Below are positions 60,183 through 64,000 of a DNA stretch of 64,000 nt, piece after piece. Position numbers and translations under genes: made by a program. The stretch is from Chiloscyllium plagiosum (lineage: Eukaryota), in assembly GCF_004010195.1 (NCBI RefSeq), contig NC_057716.1, forward strand, positions 16,492,720 through 16,556,719. Direction: 5' to 3'. Every line of letters starts with the position of its first letter. The stretch's first letter is position 1. The notes below the pieces were generated by a model that saw only the letters and a program-made list of their open reading frames with translations, was not told the DNA's origin and did not search any database.

Positions 60183-61844
60183 GTTAAGGATCAAGAACGG
60201 CACTGACCACATCGAGGGAGATACAGTGAAAAAAAGTAGTGTTTTGTTGCCACAATATCTCATGATTCTGAAGTACAAGAAGAGAATATTCTTAAATAGA
60301 GTTCATCTTCATTGGTGGGGTCCCAGACATCGCTCCAGGACTTCTGCAAGATTCCCATTCTGGGCCTAGTCTGCCATTCTAGGAGTCTACTTCCTCAAGC
60401 TCTTTCTGTAGTCACTGTATGGTGGAACCACTGGTGTGTGCCTCTGTGCTTTGTCCAGTTACCCTGTTGTTTGAAATCTTTACCCACACTCCGAGCAGAG
60501 AGCAGAGGATGGCTGGTGAGAGATGAGGAACAGCTCGCACCTTGCCTGACCAATGTTGCGCTATGACAGCTTCCATCCCAAGGCAAATCCTAACATTGGG
60601 AGGATTTCCTACTTCTTCTGCCCCCACTCCATTCCCATTAACCCCTTGTTGAAGTAGGGTCCCCATGATGACAGTAAGTTTCTTGATGGGCACACAGCAG
60701 CCCCTGTTCACACTTGGGAGTCCCAACGCAGCATCCTGCGAAAGGAGTCAACATGTTGCTGAGGGATAGACAACAGCAGCCTGTTTTGAACGCTGTCTTT
60801 CAGCCACTCGCTCAACAGCAGACTTCCATGATTCACTAGAACCAATCCAAGATGGAGGCCTGTTCACCTGTTTTTATTGCACTGCAATCTCATTGAGATC
60901 AAAGAGCCACAACTGGCTGTGATATCAGTGTCTGAACATGCAGCACTCCGCACTTTATCAAACACAGATTCTCCTGTCAGGATATACCTTATCACAGTCT
61001 TGAGGTACACAGGCCTTCAAACACAAAACCAACAGCTTTAAAAATGTATAAATCACTCACAGCCCTTTAGAAAGCTCCTCAACTTTAAAGGATGCTCTTT
61101 TGGAACTGCCACAGCTGAGAAAACATGCACTATTTCAAAACTGTTTCTATTTAAAAACATTACGTTGGATAGCAAACACCAGGCCACCAACAGCTGTAAA
61201 TGTAAAATGCCCAAAACCTCTTGTCCCATTGGTGCGGGGACCTAAACTCTCCTGTGAATGGTTAGCATTCTTTTAAAATAATTAAAACACATGTAATTGG
61301 ATTTGTTTCACTTCTATCTCAGAGTCAATAACTGGCTTGTGTCCCTCAGGAGAGATGTGACCTGAGAGACAGAGAGGGATACCTTACAGGAGAGGTGGGG
61401 ATGGGCTGGGGTTGTTTGAACATCACTCACCCTGTTAACCCCCCACAACACAACAGAAAAAGGTTTCACCACACAGTACATGGCTCCCCACAGCACATAC
61501 AATGCCGTAAGCAACACTCTGGGGTGTAAGTGTTGGAAAAGATAGGTTTGCAGCCTTGAGCTTAGCTTTACAACAGAGAGCAGATTCTCCCCAACCCTTC
61601 CTGACTAGTCCCCAGGGTCAACAGCAAATTGACCTCCTGAATGCCCATTTTGATTCTCTTCAGACTCACCCACTTCACCAGTAAATTCTACTCGATTCCA
61701 GTTGACGACGGTTAGGGACTGATGGAGAGTGGGTCCATCAGCTGTAAATGTAAAGGAGCAACAGATGTTGACTCACTGCCACTGATAAATGTTAGATGTT
61801 ATCTAATGCATATTATTATTTGGTGTGGAGGAAGTGTTAGGTCG

Positions 61845-62572
61845 AGCACTTCGGATTTAAGATTCCTCTAATATTCAGAACCTGAGCATGAAGATCCAAC
61901 CTAACATTCCAGTGTTGACAAAGTTAAAAAGCCCACAACACCAGGTTATAGTCCAACAGGTTTATTTGAAAGTACAAGCTTTTGGATTTTTAACTTTGTC
62001 CACCCCTGTCCAACACCGGCATTTCCACATCATTCCAGTGTTGGACTGCGAGACTGCTGTGTTGTACAATGTGCATATCTTTTACACCAGATATTAAAAC
62101 ACCATAGCCAGCTGTCTCCTCAGATAAACGTGACAGATTGTGTTCAAAGAGGAGCAGACAGGTTATCCCAGGTGCAATGGCTAATGTTTTCCCTCAATGT
62201 TTAAAAAAAAAAGCAAAGTAGAATTCCTGAAGAAGGGCTTATGCCCGAAACGTCGATTCTCCTGTCCCTTGGATGCTGCCTGACCTGCTGCGCTTTTCCA
62301 GCAACACATTTTCAAAGTAGAATTCTGTCAGCAATCTGGAATAAAAAAAGTAAGTGCTAGAGAAACTCAGAAGGTCTGGCAGCATCTGTGGAGAGAAAAG
62401 CAAGAGTTCACGGTACAAGTCAAATCTGACTTTTCTTCAGAATTCTATCCTATTCCTCTAATGTAAATTGCTGGCCTTACTGACCAGTTCTGTTTTTAAT
62501 AAAGCATCAATCACATTATTGGCTGTTACCCTTCCCACAATGCAATAGTGACTACACTTCAAATGGCCATTA
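61845..62572 (+). mobile_element. Ancient DeuSINE carrying three Penelope pLTR insertions
   Basis: gttcaaagaggagcag..tcccaggtgcaatggctaatgttttccctcaa and atagtgactacacttcaa; inserts at 61918-62030, 62227-62312 and ~62330-62445. Confidence 0.65.
62219..62260 (+). ncRNA. Minimal type I hammerhead ribozyme, all core nucleotides intact
   Basis: agaauuc-CUGAAGA(62227)-A-GGGC-uuau-GCCC-GAAA(62247)-CG-UC(62254)-gauucu; stem I of 6 bp with one bulge; helix III is the palindrome ACGU. Confidence 0.75.
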
Positions 62573-63410
62573 GAGTCATAGAGATGTACAGCATGGAAAC
62601 AGACCCTTCGGTCCAACCTGTCCATGTCGACCAGATATCCCAAACCAATCTAGTCCCACCTGCCAGCACCCAGCCCATATCCCTCCAAACCCTTTCTAAT
62701 CATATACCCATCCAAATGCCCCTTAACTGTTGCAATTGTACCAGCCTCCACCACATCCTCTGGCAGCTTATTCCATACATGTACCACCCTCTGCGTGAAA
62801 AAGTTGCCCCTTAGGTCTCTTTTATATCTTTCCCCTCTCACCCTAAACCTATTCTGGACTCCCCAACCCCAGGGAAAAGACTTTGCCTACTTACCCTATC
62901 CATGCCCCTCAGTACCACCCTCTGCATGAAAAAGTTGTCCCTTAGGTCTCTTTTATATCTTTCCCCTCTCACCCTAAACCTATTCTGGACTCCCCAATCC
63001 CAGGGAAAAGACTTTGCCTACTTACCCTATCCATGCCCCTCAATTTTGAAAACCTCTATAAGGTCACCCCTCAGCCTCCGACTTTCCAAGGAAAACAGCA
63101 CCAGCCTGTTCAGCCTCTCCCTATAGCCCAGATCCTTCAACCCTGGCAACATCCTTGTAAATCTTTTCTGAACCCTTTCAAGTTTCACAACATCTTTCCG
63201 ATAGGAAGGAGACCAGAACTGCACGCAATATTCCAACAACAGCCTAACCAATGTCCTGTACAGCCGCAACATGACCTCCCAACTCCTGTACTCAATACTC
63301 TGACCAATAAAGGAAAGCATAACAACCGCCTTCTTCACTATCCGATCTACCTGCGACTCCACTTTCAAGGAGTTATGAACCTGCACTCCAAGATCGTTTT
63401 GTTCAGCAAC
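62572..63410 (-). mobile_element. CR1 (HER1-like) 3' fragment with an internal 131-bp tandem duplication
   Basis: ORF 63027-63386 is the CR1 ORF2 C-terminus; duplicated units 62781-62911 and 62912-63042. Confidence 0.95.
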
Positions 63411-63748
63411 TAGTAATACACTTTAGGCTGTCCTTAGCTTACACAAACTAATATAGTGATGAAATAGTTTTTTTTTGTGTCCTCACATTTTATTAAGTTA
63501 TCATCTGTTGGAGTGATCTTTGGTTCACTGGGGATTGTAATGTTTAAAAACAGAATGCTGCCTAGCCGTATTGAGAGATATTACCAAGTCACATTGGTCA
63601 ACTCAAGAAGCAGAACGAGCAGCAGTCTGTGTAGAACAGGTAACAGATCCATTCAGCTGATGTGCTGCTGAGGGGGCTGGCACTTGGAGAAGCCCAGAAG
63701 CAGTTTCTGGCAGCAGTTTGAGAAACAGGAACCCTGCTAACCCTGACT

Positions 63749-63759
63749 AACATGGCGGC
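63749..63759 (+). promoter_or_regulatory. YY1-like motif
   Basis: AACATGGCGGC matches the AANATGGCGGC consensus, in non-repeat sequence. Confidence 0.3.
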
Positions 63760-64000
63760 TGGGAGGTTAGGCAAATGCAGTCTCAGCAGATCAGCCCAGC
63801 TGGTAAAAATATACCAAGGATACCAGACCGGGGACCAGAGTAGAGAGAAACGTGGAATACTGCGGATTCAGATTATATCCATAGAATTCAATTGAGAAAA
63901 GAGCTGCTGTTGGTTGGCAATCAGACTGGCTCTTTGAAAGAGAGGGGAGCTGAATTCTCTCAGGAGGAGGACAGCTTCCAAGCAACTTTGTGACACAAAT

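Noticed and set aside
12124-63410. Most young CR1 copies lie on the minus strand, as a clue to host-gene orientation
   Set aside because: Few copies, and several plus-strand CR1s exist; not decisive.

Overview
Repeat-rich, CpG-depleted vertebrate DNA with three N-gaps. The repeat families (HE1-type tRNA/V-SINEs, HER1/CR1 LINEs, DeuSINEs, Penelope-like elements) point to a cartilaginous fish, probably a shark (inference). No intact protein-coding gene is visible. Most ORFs in the track are LINE/SINE read-throughs or simple-repeat artefacts. The window looks like a large intron or 5' region with a few candidate minus-strand exons (1192-1307, 39027-39174). The most notable signal is about a dozen small Penelope pseudo-LTR insertions from four sequence families. 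Most carry a minimal hammerhead-ribozyme core (CUGANGA-A-stem II-GAAA-palindromic ACGU/AGCU-H), they often sit as inverted pairs, and they are repeatedly flanked by 11-14 bp target-site duplications; one near-perfect ribozyme is at 62219-62260. Also present: an unclassified 1.09-kb segment bounded by 124-bp inverted repeats (45768-46853), two short locally templated duplications, two solo LTRs and two Tigger-like MITEs. Repeat boundaries were read by eye and are approximate unless TSD/TIR coordinates are given.
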